NCBI GenBank assembly: GCA_965216755.1 | Contig: CBDCGL010000011.1 | Coordinates: 2,752,001-2,816,000 of the forward strand | Length of the DNA: 64,000 nt | DNA from: Alphaproteobacteria bacterium | GTDB taxonomy: Bacteria > Pseudomonadota > Alphaproteobacteria > UBA7887 | Reading direction: 5' to 3' | Shown: in pieces, positions 31,949 through 42,182 of the stretch | Layout of the letters: each line of letters begins with the position of its first letter | Position numbering within the stretch: the stretch's first letter is position 1 | Position numbers and translations under genes: made by a program | The notes under the pieces: model-generated | What the model saw: the letters and a program-made list of their open reading frames with translations, nothing else | What the model was told of the DNA's origin: nothing | Databases searched by the model: none

Positions 31949-33163
31949 CTAAGCCGCCGCCGTCGGGGCCAGGGTTTCGCCGCGCCACAGGCGGCTGAGG
32001 GCAAGCGCCGCAACCAGGCCGGCGGCGGCCATCGCCGCCATGATCAAAAACGCCGATGACGGCCGCATGTCATAAGCGGCGCCGGCGGCCATGGTCGCCA
32101 CGGCGAACACAATTCCCATGGCCACCGCCGCGTATAGGGCCTGCGCCGTCGCCGAAACAGCTTCCGGTACCGCCCGCTGCAAGAAATGCATAGCCGCCAA
32201 ATGGGTCGCACCAAAAGTGAGCGCGTGCAGGGCTTGGACGACCACCAGCACGGCCAGATCGTGGCTGCCGGCCATCACCAGCCAACGCGCCACCGCCGCA
32301 ACGCCGGCGACAACAAACAAGCGCCCGATGCCGATCCGGCGCACCACGGCGCCACTGAACGCGAACAGCAGCACTTCGGCGGCCACGCCCTCGGCCCACA
32401 AAAAGCCGATCATGCCGTCGGTCAGGCCGGCGGCGCGCCAATGGATTGTGGAAAACCCGTAATAGGCCGCGTGACTCGATTGGATCAGGCTGGCCGCCAC
32501 TAGAAACACGATGAACACCGGCGCCCGCAACAGGCGGCCGCTGTGACGGTGACGAGGCCGCGGCCGGGGCACACGCACGTCCGGCAACAGCAGACACACG
32601 CCGGCACCGAGCGCGAACGCCGCCAGCAAAAGCCACAGGATCAGGTCGTCGGAGCGCCCGGCAAGCAGCATGCCGCCACCCGACGCGCCGGCCATGAACG
32701 TCAACGATCCCCACAGGCGGATGCGGCCATAGTCCATGTTGCGGCTGCGGCAGGCGATCATAGTCATGTTCTCGCCCAGCGGCATCAGCGGCGAAAATGT
32801 CGCGCCGACCAACATGGCAATCGACACCATGGTCCAGAAGTCGGCGGCGACGATATACAGGCTCATGGTCAGCCAGGCGGCCAGCGCGAGGCCGATCATC
32901 ATGTGGCGGCGGGCCCCGGTGCGGTCGGCCAGATGGGCGGCGAGCGGGCTCGCGACGATTTTTGTCCAGGTGCCAACCGACAGCAAAATGCCGATTTCGG
33001 CCGCGTCGAGCCCGCGGCTGCTCAACCAGGCCGGCCAGAACGGCATGTAAAGGCCGATGATCAGGAATGCGGCGCCGTAAAAGGCCGCCAAGCGCCAATT
33101 GAGCGGCACCGGCAGCCGGTCAACCAAATGTACGACGGCCGCCGGATCACGCACGCCGGTCAT
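31949..33163 (-). CDS. MFS transporter (HcaT-like)
   Basis: GLYMPFWPAWL, YGRIRLWGS, QSSHAAYYGFSTIHW; start reassigned to ATG 33163. Confidence 0.85.
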   Translation of the reverse strand: MTGVRDPAAVVHLVDRLPVPLNWRLAAFYGAAFLIIGLYMPFWPAWLSSRGLDAAEIGILLSVGTWTKIVASPLAAHLADRTGARRHMMIGLALAAWLTMSLYIVAADFWTMVSIAMLVGATFSPLMPLGENMTMIACRSRNMDYGRIRLWGSLTFMAGASGGGMLLAGRSDDLILWLLLAAFALGAGVCLLLPDVRVPRPRPRHRHSGRLLRAPVFIVFLVAASLIQSSHAAYYGFSTIHWRAAGLTDGMIGFLWAEGVAAEVLLFAFSGAVVRRIGIGRLFVVAGVAAVARWLVMAGSHDLAVLVVVQALHALTFGATHLAAMHFLQRAVPEAVSATAQALYAAVAMGIVFAVATMAAGAAYDMRPSSAFLIMAAMAAAGLVAALALSRLWRGETLAPTAAA

Positions 33164-33247
33164 CGTGCACCGCCGCGCTCGACAGTCGACGGCGCTTCCG
33201 GCAAGGTTGCGACGACGGCCACAGAGACGGGGCTTGAGGACCGACCG

Positions 33248-36040
33248 ATGACCCAGACCGCAACCGCAGCAGCGCCGGCCGCGCCCGATGCCAAGGATTC
33301 GCGCCATATATTCCTGGTCGATGGCTCAGGGTTCATATTTCGTGCCTATCACGCCCTGCCGCCCCTGACCCGCGCCGACGGCACACCGGTGGGCGCGGTG
33401 ATGGGTTTCGCCAACATGCTGCACAAGCTGATGCGCGAAAGCGACTGCGACGCGATTGTCGTGCTGTTCGACACCGCGCGGACGTCGTTTCGCAATGATA
33501 TTTATGCCGATTATAAGGCCAATCGGCCCGATCCGCCGGAAGATTTGATCCCCCAATTTCCCTTGATTCGCGAGGCGACCCGCGCCTTTGGCCTCCCGGC
33601 GATCGAGCTCAACGGCTATGAAGCCGATGATTTGATTGCCACCTATGCACAGCAGGCGCGCACCCGCGGCGATCGGGTGACGATTGTCTCCAGCGATAAG
33701 GACCTGATGCAGCTGGTCGGCGGCGCCATCGACATGCTCGACCCGATGAAGATGCGCAACATCGGACCCGACCAAGTGGTCGAGAAGTTTGGCGTGCCAC
33801 CCGAAAAGGTCATCGAGGTTCAGGCTTTGGCCGGCGATTCGATCGACAATGTGCCCGGCGTGCCCGGTATCGGCGTCAAGACCGCGGCGATGCTGATCAA
33901 CGACTATGGCGACTTAGACACGCTGTTGGCCCGCGCCGAGGAGATCAAACAACCCAAACGGCGCCAGAACTTGATCGAGCACGCAGACATGGCGCGCATC
34001 AGCCGCGATCTGGTGCGCCTCAAAGACGACGTACCCGTTGCGCAAGATATCGGCAGTTTCGCCAAGTCGGAACCCGATTCGGAAACATTGCGCGCATTTT
34101 TGGCCGAGCAAGGCTTCAAGAATTTGCTGTCGCGGATCGAGTCCGAGGCCGGTCTTTCCCCCGCTGACGCCGCGCCGCCGGCCGCTCCTGAGCAAGCCGA
34201 CTATGAGCTTGTGCAAAACGAGGCCAACCTGGCGCGCTGGATCGACGACGCGCGCGCCGCCGGCTTCGTCGCCGTCGACACCGAGACGACGTCGCTGGAC
34301 GCCATGCAAGCGGAACTGGTCGGCGTGTCCTTGGCCATCACCGCCGGTCGCGCCTGCTATGTTCCGCTCGGCCACCGCGCGCCCGAGGGCGACCTCGCCA
34401 CCGCCGCCGATCCACCCCAGCAGATTCCGCTGGCAAAGGCCCTGGCTCTGCTCAAATCTCTGCTGGAAGATCCGGCGGTGCTTAAGATTGGTCAAAATCT
34501 CAAATACGATATGCTGGTGCTGGCGCGCCCGCCCTATGACATCGACGTCGCGCCGATTGACGACACGATGCTGCTGTCGTTCGTGCTCGATGCCGGCCAG
34601 CACGGCCACGGCATGGACGAGTTGTCGCAACGCTATTTAGACCACAAACCGATCGCCTACAAAGAGGTGGTCGGCACCGGCAAAGCGCAGATCACCTTCG
34701 ATCACGTGCCTCTTGACGCCGCGCGCGACTATGCCGCCGAGGATGCCGACATCACCCTGCGTTTGTATCAGCATTTGAAACCGCGCCTGATCACCGAGCG
34801 CATGGTTACGGTTTACGAAACCCTGGAACGGCCGCTGGCGCCCGTCTTGGTGGCCATGGAAAGGGCTGGCATTTGCGTCGATCGGGCGACACTGGCCGGC
34901 CTGTCGCTGGACTTCGCGACTCGGATGACAGCCTTGGAAGAACAGATCTATGGCTTGGCCGGACGGCCCTTTGCGATCGGCTCACCAAAACAACTCGGCG
35001 AGATTTTGTTCGACGAAATGAGCCTACCCGGCGGCAAGAAAACCAAGACCGGCGCCCATGGCACCGGCGCCGACGTTTTGGAAGGCCTGGCCGCGCAAGG
35101 TCACGACTTACCCGCCCGGGTGCTGGAGTGGCGCCAGTTGAGTAAACTGAAAAGCACCTATACCGACGCCTTGGTGACCCAGATCAATCCGGATACGGGG
35201 CGCGTGCACACGTCTTATGCCATGGCCGGTGCGGCCACCGGCCGGCTGGCGTCGACCGATCCCAACTTGCAGAACATCCCGGTCCGCACCGAAGAGGGCC
35301 GCAAGATCCGCCGCGCGTTTGTCGCCACCCCCGGCTGCGTGCTAGTCAGCGCCGATTATTCGCAAATCGAGCTTCGGCTCTTGGCGCATGTGGCCGATAT
35401 CGCGGCGCTGCGCGATGCGTTCCGCGACGGCATCGACATTCATGCCTTGACCGCGTCGCAGGTGTTCGACGTGCCGGTCGCCGACATGGATCCGATCGTG
35501 CGGCGCAGCGCCAAAGCGATCAATTTCGGCATCATCTATGGGATCAGTGCGTTCGGGCTCGGCCAACAATTGGGCGTGCCGCAAAAAGAGGCGAAGCAAT
35601 ACATAGAGGCCTATTTCGCACGCTATCCCGGGATTAAGGACTATATGGACCGAACCAAGGCGCTGGCGCGCGCGCAGGGCTATGTGACCACCCTGTTCGG
35701 GCGGCGCTGCCATTTGAGCGGCATCAAGGACCGCAACGCGGCCCGGCGCGGCTTTGCCGAACGCCAAGCGATCAACGCGCCCCTGCAAGGCGCCGCAGCC
35801 GATATCATCAAGCGCGCCATGATCCGCATGCCGGCGGCTTTGCGAAAGCGAAATCTGGACGCGCGCATGCTGTTGCAAGTCCATGACGAATTGGTGTTCG
35901 AAGTGCCGACGGAACAGGTCGAGGAGACCCGCGCGGCGGTCAAGCACGTGATGGAAAACGCGCCGGCGCCGGCGCTGGCGCTATCGGTGCCCCTTACCGT
36001 CGATGTCGGTGTCGGCGACAATTGGGACGACGCGCATTAG
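33248..36040 (+). CDS. polA: DNA polymerase I
   Basis: LVDGSGFIFRAYHA, DTET, DYSQIELR, KAINFGIIYG, QVHDE; GAGGA RBS before ATG 33248. Confidence 0.98.
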   Translation: MTQTATAAAPAAPDAKDSRHIFLVDGSGFIFRAYHALPPLTRADGTPVGAVMGFANMLHKLMRESDCDAIVVLFDTARTSFRNDIYADYKANRPDPPEDLIPQFPLIREATRAFGLPAIELNGYEADDLIATYAQQARTRGDRVTIVSSDKDLMQLVGGAIDMLDPMKMRNIGPDQVVEKFGVPPEKVIEVQALAGDSIDNVPGVPGIGVKTAAMLINDYGDLDTLLARAEEIKQPKRRQNLIEHADMARISRDLVRLKDDVPVAQDIGSFAKSEPDSETLRAFLAEQGFKNLLSRIESEAGLSPADAAPPAAPEQADYELVQNEANLARWIDDARAAGFVAVDTETTSLDAMQAELVGVSLAITAGRACYVPLGHRAPEGDLATAADPPQQIPLAKALALLKSLLEDPAVLKIGQNLKYDMLVLARPPYDIDVAPIDDTMLLSFVLDAGQHGHGMDELSQRYLDHKPIAYKEVVGTGKAQITFDHVPLDAARDYAAEDADITLRLYQHLKPRLITERMVTVYETLERPLAPVLVAMERAGICVDRATLAGLSLDFATRMTALEEQIYGLAGRPFAIGSPKQLGEILFDEMSLPGGKKTKTGAHGTGADVLEGLAAQGHDLPARVLEWRQLSKLKSTYTDALVTQINPDTGRVHTSYAMAGAATGRLASTDPNLQNIPVRTEEGRKIRRAFVATPGCVLVSADYSQIELRLLAHVADIAALRDAFRDGIDIHALTASQVFDVPVADMDPIVRRSAKAINFGIIYGISAFGLGQQLGVPQKEAKQYIEAYFARYPGIKDYMDRTKALARAQGYVTTLFGRRCHLSGIKDRNAARRGFAERQAINAPLQGAAADIIKRAMIRMPAALRKRNLDARMLLQVHDELVFEVPTEQVEETRAAVKHVMENAPAPALALSVPLTVDVGVGDNWDDAH

Positions 36041-36080
36041 TCTATCTGGGTTGCGGATTTTCGTGAAAGGAGGGCCCGAG

Positions 36081-37067
36081 TTGCGAACCACCATTTCATT
36101 GTGGCTGGCGATAGGCCTGAGTCTTGCCGTGACCGTAAGGAGCGGCGTGGCGGAGACCGCCTCGGACATTTTGAATGGCGTTGTCGGTTTGCGCACGGAA
36201 ATCCCGGCCAGCGCCCGTACGGCGCGCATGCTGGGGACCGAGCGCGACGGCAGCGGCATTGTCATCGACAGCGACGGCTTAGTGCTGACGATCGGCTATT
36301 TGATCCTGGAAGCCATGGCCGCCCAGGTGATCGACGTCGATGGTCGCATCGTGCCGGCCGACATTCTCGCCTATGACTATGACACCGGGTTCGGTTTGTT
36401 GCGGGCCCAACAGCCGTTAACGGCCAAACCGTTGCGTTTCGGCCGCTCGCAAGACATCGAGGCCGGCATGCCGGTTCTGGCCGTGGCCCACGGCGGCTCA
36501 GAGGCGGTGGTCGCCACCTATGTGACCTCGCGCGACGAGTTTGTCGGCTATTGGGAGTATTTGCTGGACAGTGCCATCTTCACTGCGCCGCCGCACACGC
36601 ACTATGCGGGCGCGGCGCTGATCGGCGATGACGGCCGGTTGTTGGGCGTTGGCTCACTGTATGTCAACGATCCTGGCCCAAACGACGAGCGGCGGCCCGG
36701 CAATATGTTTGTGCCCATCGCGCTCTTGCGGCCGATCCTGGCAGACCTGCTCGTCAATGGTCGGTCGTCGGCCCCACCGCGGCCCTGGCTCGGCATGTTC
36801 TCGCGCCAAATCGGCCAACATGTCGTGGTCAGTCGGGTTTTGCCAGAAGGCCCGGCCGCGGAAGCGGGAATTGATGTGGGCGATTTGGTGGTCGGCGTCG
36901 GCAAAGACAAAGTGACCGATCTTGCCGACATGTTTCGCAAAGTGTGGGCCTTGGGCGATGCCGGCGTCTCAGTTCCTCTCGTCATTCTGCGCGACGGCGG
37001 TCTGCAGCCGGTCACGGTGAAATCGGGCGACCGGTATGATTATTTACGTATGAACCCGACCTACTGA
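36081..37067 (+). CDS. S1C (trypsin-like + PDZ) family protein
   Basis: GSGIVIDSDGLVLT, RPWLG and PDZ domain; AAGGAGG RBS before TTG 36081. Confidence 0.82.
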   Translation: MRTTISLWLAIGLSLAVTVRSGVAETASDILNGVVGLRTEIPASARTARMLGTERDGSGIVIDSDGLVLTIGYLILEAMAAQVIDVDGRIVPADILAYDYDTGFGLLRAQQPLTAKPLRFGRSQDIEAGMPVLAVAHGGSEAVVATYVTSRDEFVGYWEYLLDSAIFTAPPHTHYAGAALIGDDGRLLGVGSLYVNDPGPNDERRPGNMFVPIALLRPILADLLVNGRSSAPPRPWLGMFSRQIGQHVVVSRVLPEGPAAEAGIDVGDLVVGVGKDKVTDLADMFRKVWALGDAGVSVPLVILRDGGLQPVTVKSGDRYDYLRMNPTY

Positions 37068-37157
37068 CGGGCTATAAGCGGAGCGGTTCATGATCGGCGA
37101 TCGCCGTGGTGTGCCCGGCAGGGGCGTGCCGCCGTATCGCCCAACCGAATCGGCAAG

Positions 37158-38120
37158 ATGTCAATGACACTTCACCAATTGCGCATTTTTTGGGCCGTGG
37201 CCCACGCCAAGTCGTTCACAAAAGCGAGCAAACTCTTAGGCCTGGCGCAACCGTCGCTGTCCCAGCAGATCTCCAAATTGGAAGAGGACATCGGCACGCA
37301 GCTGTTCAATCGCACGCGCAACGAAATGGACCTCACCGATGCCGGGCGTTTCCTGGCCCGCAAGGCCGAACTGATCTTGTCGGGTGTGGAGGAAGCGACC
37401 GTCGGATTGAAGGAATTTGCCGAAGGCACGCGTGGCGTAATCGCACTGGGCGCACTGAGCTCGATCGCGCGCAACGTCGTGCCGCCGGCGGTTCACCGCC
37501 TGGCCGAAGCGTTTCCCGAACTAGAGCTGGATATCCACGAAACGCCGCCGGCGGAGGCGATTGACCTGCTTTATGGGCGCCGATTGACGATGGCGCTGTT
37601 GGCAACCGATTCGTTTGCCCAAGCCAGTTCATCGTTCCACCAAACGGAAGTCTTCGCCGATCCTTACGTGCTGGCGGTGCCGCGTGGCATCGACCTGGCT
37701 GAAGTGCAAGACGTTGCTACCGATCTGGACGAGCCAGAGCGGATGGTGATCAACAGCACCATCCAATTCAATTTCGGCAGCCAGCATAAGCGACGCATTG
37801 AAGAATGGTACCAAACGGTGCTGCCGCATTATCGCGTTGTCGGCCAATCGCGAACCTATGAAGTCGCGTTGTCGATGGTGCAAGAAGGTCTGGGCGTGGC
37901 CGTGGTGCCGGCCCTGACCGCGGCCTTGGGCCCGGGCCTCACGTTTGATGTGACACTGTATGCGACCACTCTACCCGATCGGCAAGTCGTCGCGTTGACA
38001 CCGTCCCAGTATGTGCGGGTCGAGCCGTATGCGCGCCTCTTGGAGATCTTGGATAAGGTCGGCAAAGCCCTCGTTTTGCCCAAGATCGAACCACTACCAC
38101 CATTGCTCAAACATCTTTAA
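37158..38120 (+). CDS. LysR family transcriptional regulator
   Basis: SFTKAS..L.LAQPSLSQQISKLEE.IG..LF.R. Confidence 0.95.
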   Translation: MSMTLHQLRIFWAVAHAKSFTKASKLLGLAQPSLSQQISKLEEDIGTQLFNRTRNEMDLTDAGRFLARKAELILSGVEEATVGLKEFAEGTRGVIALGALSSIARNVVPPAVHRLAEAFPELELDIHETPPAEAIDLLYGRRLTMALLATDSFAQASSSFHQTEVFADPYVLAVPRGIDLAEVQDVATDLDEPERMVINSTIQFNFGSQHKRRIEEWYQTVLPHYRVVGQSRTYEVALSMVQEGLGVAVVPALTAALGPGLTFDVTLYATTLPDRQVVALTPSQYVRVEPYARLLEILDKVGKALVLPKIEPLPPLLKHL

Positions 38121-38300
38121 ATAATTGAAAATATGAGACAAACGTCGTTCCGCGCGAGACATTGGAAATCGCAATAGCGGCTATAGAATGACCCTTTGCA
38201 GAGGCCTGATAGGTTGGCGTCTGTGATTTGCGGTGAACGGCGCCGACGAGCGTAACAGCCGCGAACGGTGTGTTAAACGCGCAAGCCAGGAGTGGGCACC

Positions 38301-38375
38301 ATGTGGACGAAGCCTGTTGTAGTTGAGTTGGCCGTTGGTCTTGAGATTAACTGCTACGCCTGCGCCGAGCTGTAA
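38301..38375 (+). CDS. pqqA: PQQ precursor peptide PqqA (MWTKPVVVELAVGLEINCYACAEL)
   Basis: 24-aa ORF below the ORF-track cutoff; W.KP...G.ExxxY signature; AGGAG RBS. Confidence 0.92.
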   Translation: MWTKPVVVELAVGLEINCYACAEL

Positions 38376-38404
38376 GAGCCGGATCAGGTTTCCAAGAAGT
38401 TTCG

Positions 38405-38440
38405 CAAACCGCCGGGTGGATCACCCGGCGGTTTGTTTTT
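38405..38440 (+). terminator. Intrinsic terminator after pqqA
   Basis: CAAACCGCCGGGTG-GAT-CACCCGGCGGTTTG followed by a T run. Confidence 0.85.
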
Positions 38441-38485
38441 GTGCCCACACTACAAGAACGTAGACCACTGCGATAAGTTCAGTTA

Positions 38486-38594
38486 TTTCGGTGATTTCGG
38501 TGACAGTTTACTAAATACACAACATATCGCGTTTCGGCATTTTCATTCCTCAATACTTTGTGTATTTAGTAAACTGTCACCGAAATCACCGAAA
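38486..38594. repeat. 109-bp element with perfect 37-bp inverted arms (MITE/REPIN-like)
   Basis: TTTCGGTGATTTCGGTGACAGTTTACTAAATACACAA and its exact reverse complement at 38558-38594; 35-nt spacer. Confidence 0.9.
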
Positions 38595-38599
38595 CAAAG

Positions 38600-41023
38600 T
38601 CACAATCCTCGGCGCCACGTTAGCGCGGCAACCGCATAGAGGATGACCGCCAGCAAAACCACCGCCGAAAAGCCGAATTCGATCGCGAGCAAAGTCGCCA
38701 AAACAGCGCTCACCACAGAGGCGCAGCCATTAATCCCCCAGGCCCACGGGACAAGATGCGGCAGTTCATGCCCGACTTGCGCCAAACCAAGGGGGAATGG
38801 CATGCCCATAAAAAACGCCAGCGGTGCAATCGCGAGCAAAACCAAAGGAACCTTTACAGAGACCGGTAGGGTGATCAGCCAGTGGGTCACCGGCCCCAGT
38901 GCAATCAGATAAACAACCGCGATAACCGAAATCACCCCAATCGATACGTCGACTGCCGTCAAGCGACCTGTGTCCGGCATGTACGCGGCCAAGCGCGGGC
39001 TCATCCCGGCGCCTAAACCCGCGAAGACAAGAAACGCCGCCAGCACCACCGCGACGGCGTAAATGGGATGGCCGAGGAACAGTGTCAGGCGTTGAATGAA
39101 GGCCATCTCTACAAACAGAAAGGCCAGCCCGAGAGCGACAAAATAGATCGCGACCCGTCCGGCGCCGCCGCGCACGATAGCCGCATTGCGACGCCACACG
39201 ACAAGCGGCAACAGGATCAGCACGATGCTGACCGCGCAGGCCTGCACCAACGTCAGTACAAGAATGATATGGCCCCACTCGATCAATGGCATGGTCCCTT
39301 GACGACTCAGCGCCAACAACTCCGGTAGTGCATTCCACTTAAGAAAATCATGAAGAAATGGGCGATCGTCGCGTGCGGGGCGCAAATCGAATTTATAGTC
39401 GGCTAAGAACCTCTGGTGTCGCGATCCCAGAAGCGCTGTCGCGCCGTCGTACAAGTCGGGCTCATCAAGAATATTGAATCGATTGGCCTGGTTGCGTGCC
39501 AAACCAGGTGCATAGGTCATGTCGAATCCGCGCGTTTCGGCAAATTGGCCAGCCGCTTCGACCTCCTTTGTTGTCAACGTGCCTCGTTTCACCAGCAGCA
39601 CGACGCTCTTGATGCCACGGATCATCAGCAAACTCTGGCGCGGGTTCGCGGCCGCGACCCGGTGCAGTGCCTCGATCGCCGTCGCCAGCAGCTTCAACGC
39701 CATGCGCGGCGGCGGTTCGAACGGTGCATCAATGGCCAAGAAGCCACCATCGTTCAGGTGTTCAAGATAACCGACGAAGGCTTCGACCGTGGCGCCGTAA
39801 GTCTCTTGCAAACTGCCAAACCCGCCGGCCGTCGCACCGGTCAATGGCAGCCGGATCAAATCAAACCGATGGTCGGCGAGAGCCAGGGCGCCGCGCGCAT
39901 CCGCTATGTGGAATCGCGTACGCGGGATGTCATACACATGTCCGGCATAGTCGGCAAAGCGCGCACGCAGCAACGACGTCACACCGACGTCCGGTTCGGC
40001 AATCTCCACGGTTCGGGCGTCGTGCCGGCGCGCCAGCAGCACTTCGTCAGCAGCTGCGGTGCTGAGCAGCAATACACTTGGTTGCACAAGCAAATGATAG
40101 GGCAGCGCGCGGGTCGTGAAATCGAGATAGGCGACCTTTTCGAGGTCGCCATCAAATCGCGTTATGGCGGCAGTGAAGTTGCCATCGATGAATAGACCCA
40201 ATTGCGCGGCCGGCGGGACAGGGCCCACCAAGCTCAAACCTGGTGCGTGGCGGAATGGTACCTCGGGGCTGCGCACGACCGCCAGCCGACCGAGCGGGCT
40301 GGATTGCTCGTGAATCACTTCGGCGCCGGGCACATGCTGCGCGTAGCTGAGGTCTTTGTATGGCGATAGCTTCGCCATGAACGTCTCAGCCGGTTCGCGC
40401 CACGCAACCATCGCGCCGCACGCAACGATGGCTATGGCCCACCATCTGAAAGCACCATGGCTGTCGCGCAATACGACGAGCGTGGCGGCACCGAAACCGA
40501 CAACAATCAGCCACCGCATCGCATCGCCCGCGGGTAACAGAAACAGCAAGGCCGTGATCGCGGCCGCTCCGGCGCCGGCGCCGGTGAGGTCGTAGCGATA
40601 GACACGCGCGACCGGCGCATTCGCCTCGCCGCCGCCGTGACGCATGAACGACAGGCCAATACAACTCGCCGCACAAAAAAACGGCACCATCAGCACCAAA
40701 TAGGTCCAAAGCAGTTCGATCGCCTGGCCCGGATCCCAAGCCAATTCAAAGGGGTTGATAATAATGTTGCGGGCCACCGAAAAACCATATGCCGCACTCA
40801 GCCCGAACAGTGCGGCGAAGACACCCCACGCTAATTCATAGTGTACCATCAGGCGCGCACGCGCCAAGGCCAGGAATGTCCCGCTGGCGCCATAGCCGAG
40901 CAAGGCAATGGAGATGATCATATAAGCGAAATGGTGCCATTGGCCGGCGGCGTAGAGCCGCATGAGCAGGATTTCGTAAGCGATGGCGCCGGCCGAAACC
41001 AACGAGATCGCCAGGAATGGCAC
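38600..41023 (-). CDS. Polytopic membrane protein with a spermidine-synthase-like SAM-fold domain
   Basis: TM blocks on either side of a soluble domain (ADAR, TVEAF..YL..L...G, DDRPF); GTG directly follows the pcm stop. Confidence 0.8.
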   Translation of the reverse strand: MPFLAISLVSAGAIAYEILLMRLYAAGQWHHFAYMIISIALLGYGASGTFLALARARLMVHYELAWGVFAALFGLSAAYGFSVARNIIINPFELAWDPGQAIELLWTYLVLMVPFFCAASCIGLSFMRHGGGEANAPVARVYRYDLTGAGAGAAAITALLFLLPAGDAMRWLIVVGFGAATLVVLRDSHGAFRWWAIAIVACGAMVAWREPAETFMAKLSPYKDLSYAQHVPGAEVIHEQSSPLGRLAVVRSPEVPFRHAPGLSLVGPVPPAAQLGLFIDGNFTAAITRFDGDLEKVAYLDFTTRALPYHLLVQPSVLLLSTAAADEVLLARRHDARTVEIAEPDVGVTSLLRARFADYAGHVYDIPRTRFHIADARGALALADHRFDLIRLPLTGATAGGFGSLQETYGATVEAFVGYLEHLNDGGFLAIDAPFEPPPRMALKLLATAIEALHRVAAANPRQSLLMIRGIKSVVLLVKRGTLTTKEVEAAGQFAETRGFDMTYAPGLARNQANRFNILDEPDLYDGATALLGSRHQRFLADYKFDLRPARDDRPFLHDFLKWNALPELLALSRQGTMPLIEWGHIILVLTLVQACAVSIVLILLPLVVWRRNAAIVRGGAGRVAIYFVALGLAFLFVEMAFIQRLTLFLGHPIYAVAVVLAAFLVFAGLGAGMSPRLAAYMPDTGRLTAVDVSIGVISVIAVVYLIALGPVTHWLITLPVSVKVPLVLLAIAPLAFFMGMPFPLGLAQVGHELPHLVPWAWGINGCASVVSAVLATLLAIEFGFSAVVLLAVILYAVAALTWRRGL

Positions 41024-41782
41024 TTAGTGCCCCCCGGTCAAGGGAACGAAGCTGACAGGCAGAAGCTGGCGGGTGCGCACGCGGCCGTCCGCTGCTTTGG
41101 TGACGAGCACGAGCTGTTGCAGCCGATAGGGCTCACCCACCGGGATCACCATGCGGCCGCCCGGCTTGAGTTGTTCGACCAAGGGCGGCGGCACGTGGCT
41201 GGCGGCCGCGGTGACCAAAATCCCGTCGAAGGGGGCCAGATCCGGCCAGCCGAAATAACCATCGCCAACCCGAGTCGCAACCCCGTCATAGCCAAGTCGT
41301 GCCAAGTCCGCCGCGGCCCGTTCGCCCAGCTCCGGAATGATTTCGATCGTGTGCACGTTGAGCCCGAGTTCGGCCAAGACCGCCGCCTGATATCCCGATC
41401 CCGTGCCGAGTTCGAGCACGTTGTCGCCGGCCTTAGCGCCCAGCAAATGGCTCATAAGAGCGACGATATAGGGTTGCGAAATCGTCTGGCCGTAGCCGAT
41501 GGGCAGCGGTCGATCCGCATAGGCAAAGGCACGTTGATCTTCTGGCACAAATTCGTGTCGCGCCACTCTATCCATGGCGGCAAGAACATCTGATGCGATC
41601 GCACTGCCGCCGGGGTTCGCCCGATCATAAAGTTGAATCACCGCCAGCATGTCGGCGCGCGGTGCGGCATGGGGATCTGTCGGGTCTTGTGCCAGGACGG
41701 CCCCGACGGCAAGGGCGCCGAACCCAAACAAAAAAAATGCCCACGCCGCAAACCGCTTCTTCTGACCAAACATTAGCGTCAT
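41024..41782 (-). CDS. pcm: Protein-L-isoaspartate O-methyltransferase with an N-terminal signal-like peptide
   Basis: GQTISQP, VLELGTGSGYQAA, GDG..GW...APFD.I.VTAA, FVPL. Confidence 0.92.
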   Translation of the reverse strand: MTLMFGQKKRFAAWAFFLFGFGALAVGAVLAQDPTDPHAAPRADMLAVIQLYDRANPGGSAIASDVLAAMDRVARHEFVPEDQRAFAYADRPLPIGYGQTISQPYIVALMSHLLGAKAGDNVLELGTGSGYQAAVLAELGLNVHTIEIIPELGERAAADLARLGYDGVATRVGDGYFGWPDLAPFDGILVTAAASHVPPPLVEQLKPGGRMVIPVGEPYRLQQLVLVTKAADGRVRTRQLLPVSFVPLTGGH

Positions 41783-41864
41783 TGCGCTTCGTTTGCCCCG
41801 GCGTTCAACCGGCCGCACTTGGCACAAACATCGCGCAGTCGCCACGATCGTGTTGGCAATCGCC

Positions 41865-42182
41865 CTACTCTTCCCCGACCAGCTCTTGCACGGTGTCCGC
41901 ATTCATGCTCGATGCGTAATAGCCAGCCTTGATATCCGCTGCCGCCTCGTCCGGCAAGACCTCGAAAATGACCAGAGCCGGGTTGGGGTCGTCGCCCAAC
42001 GGCGCAGGAACCATCGGCTGGCGATCGCCGAGCGGCTGCAGAAATTTGGCGTCGTTCAGATCGAACTGTGCCGCGCAGTCTTGCACGCTCATCTCAGTAA
42101 CGAGAAAGGGCTCCAGCCCGCCAGGCTTGTGGATCCAAACCTTGACCATGAATTGTGCTCCCAAGTTCTTAGGGGTTGACAC
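41865..42182 (-). CDS. Hypothetical protein
   Basis: 105-aa acidic ORF with GGAG RBS. Confidence 0.6.
   Translation of the reverse strand: MSTPKNLGAQFMVKVWIHKPGGLEPFLVTEMSVQDCAAQFDLNDAKFLQPLGDRQPMVPAPLGDDPNPALVIFEVLPDEAAADIKAGYYASSMNADTVQELVGEE

Noticed and set aside
32543-33247. N-terminally extended 1165-aa PolA
   Set aside because: The extension is the antisense shadow of the MFS gene; RBS and homology begin at 33248
38160-38240. Sigma54 promoter for pqqA
   Set aside because: GG-to-GC spacing in both candidates is 11-12 nt rather than the required 10
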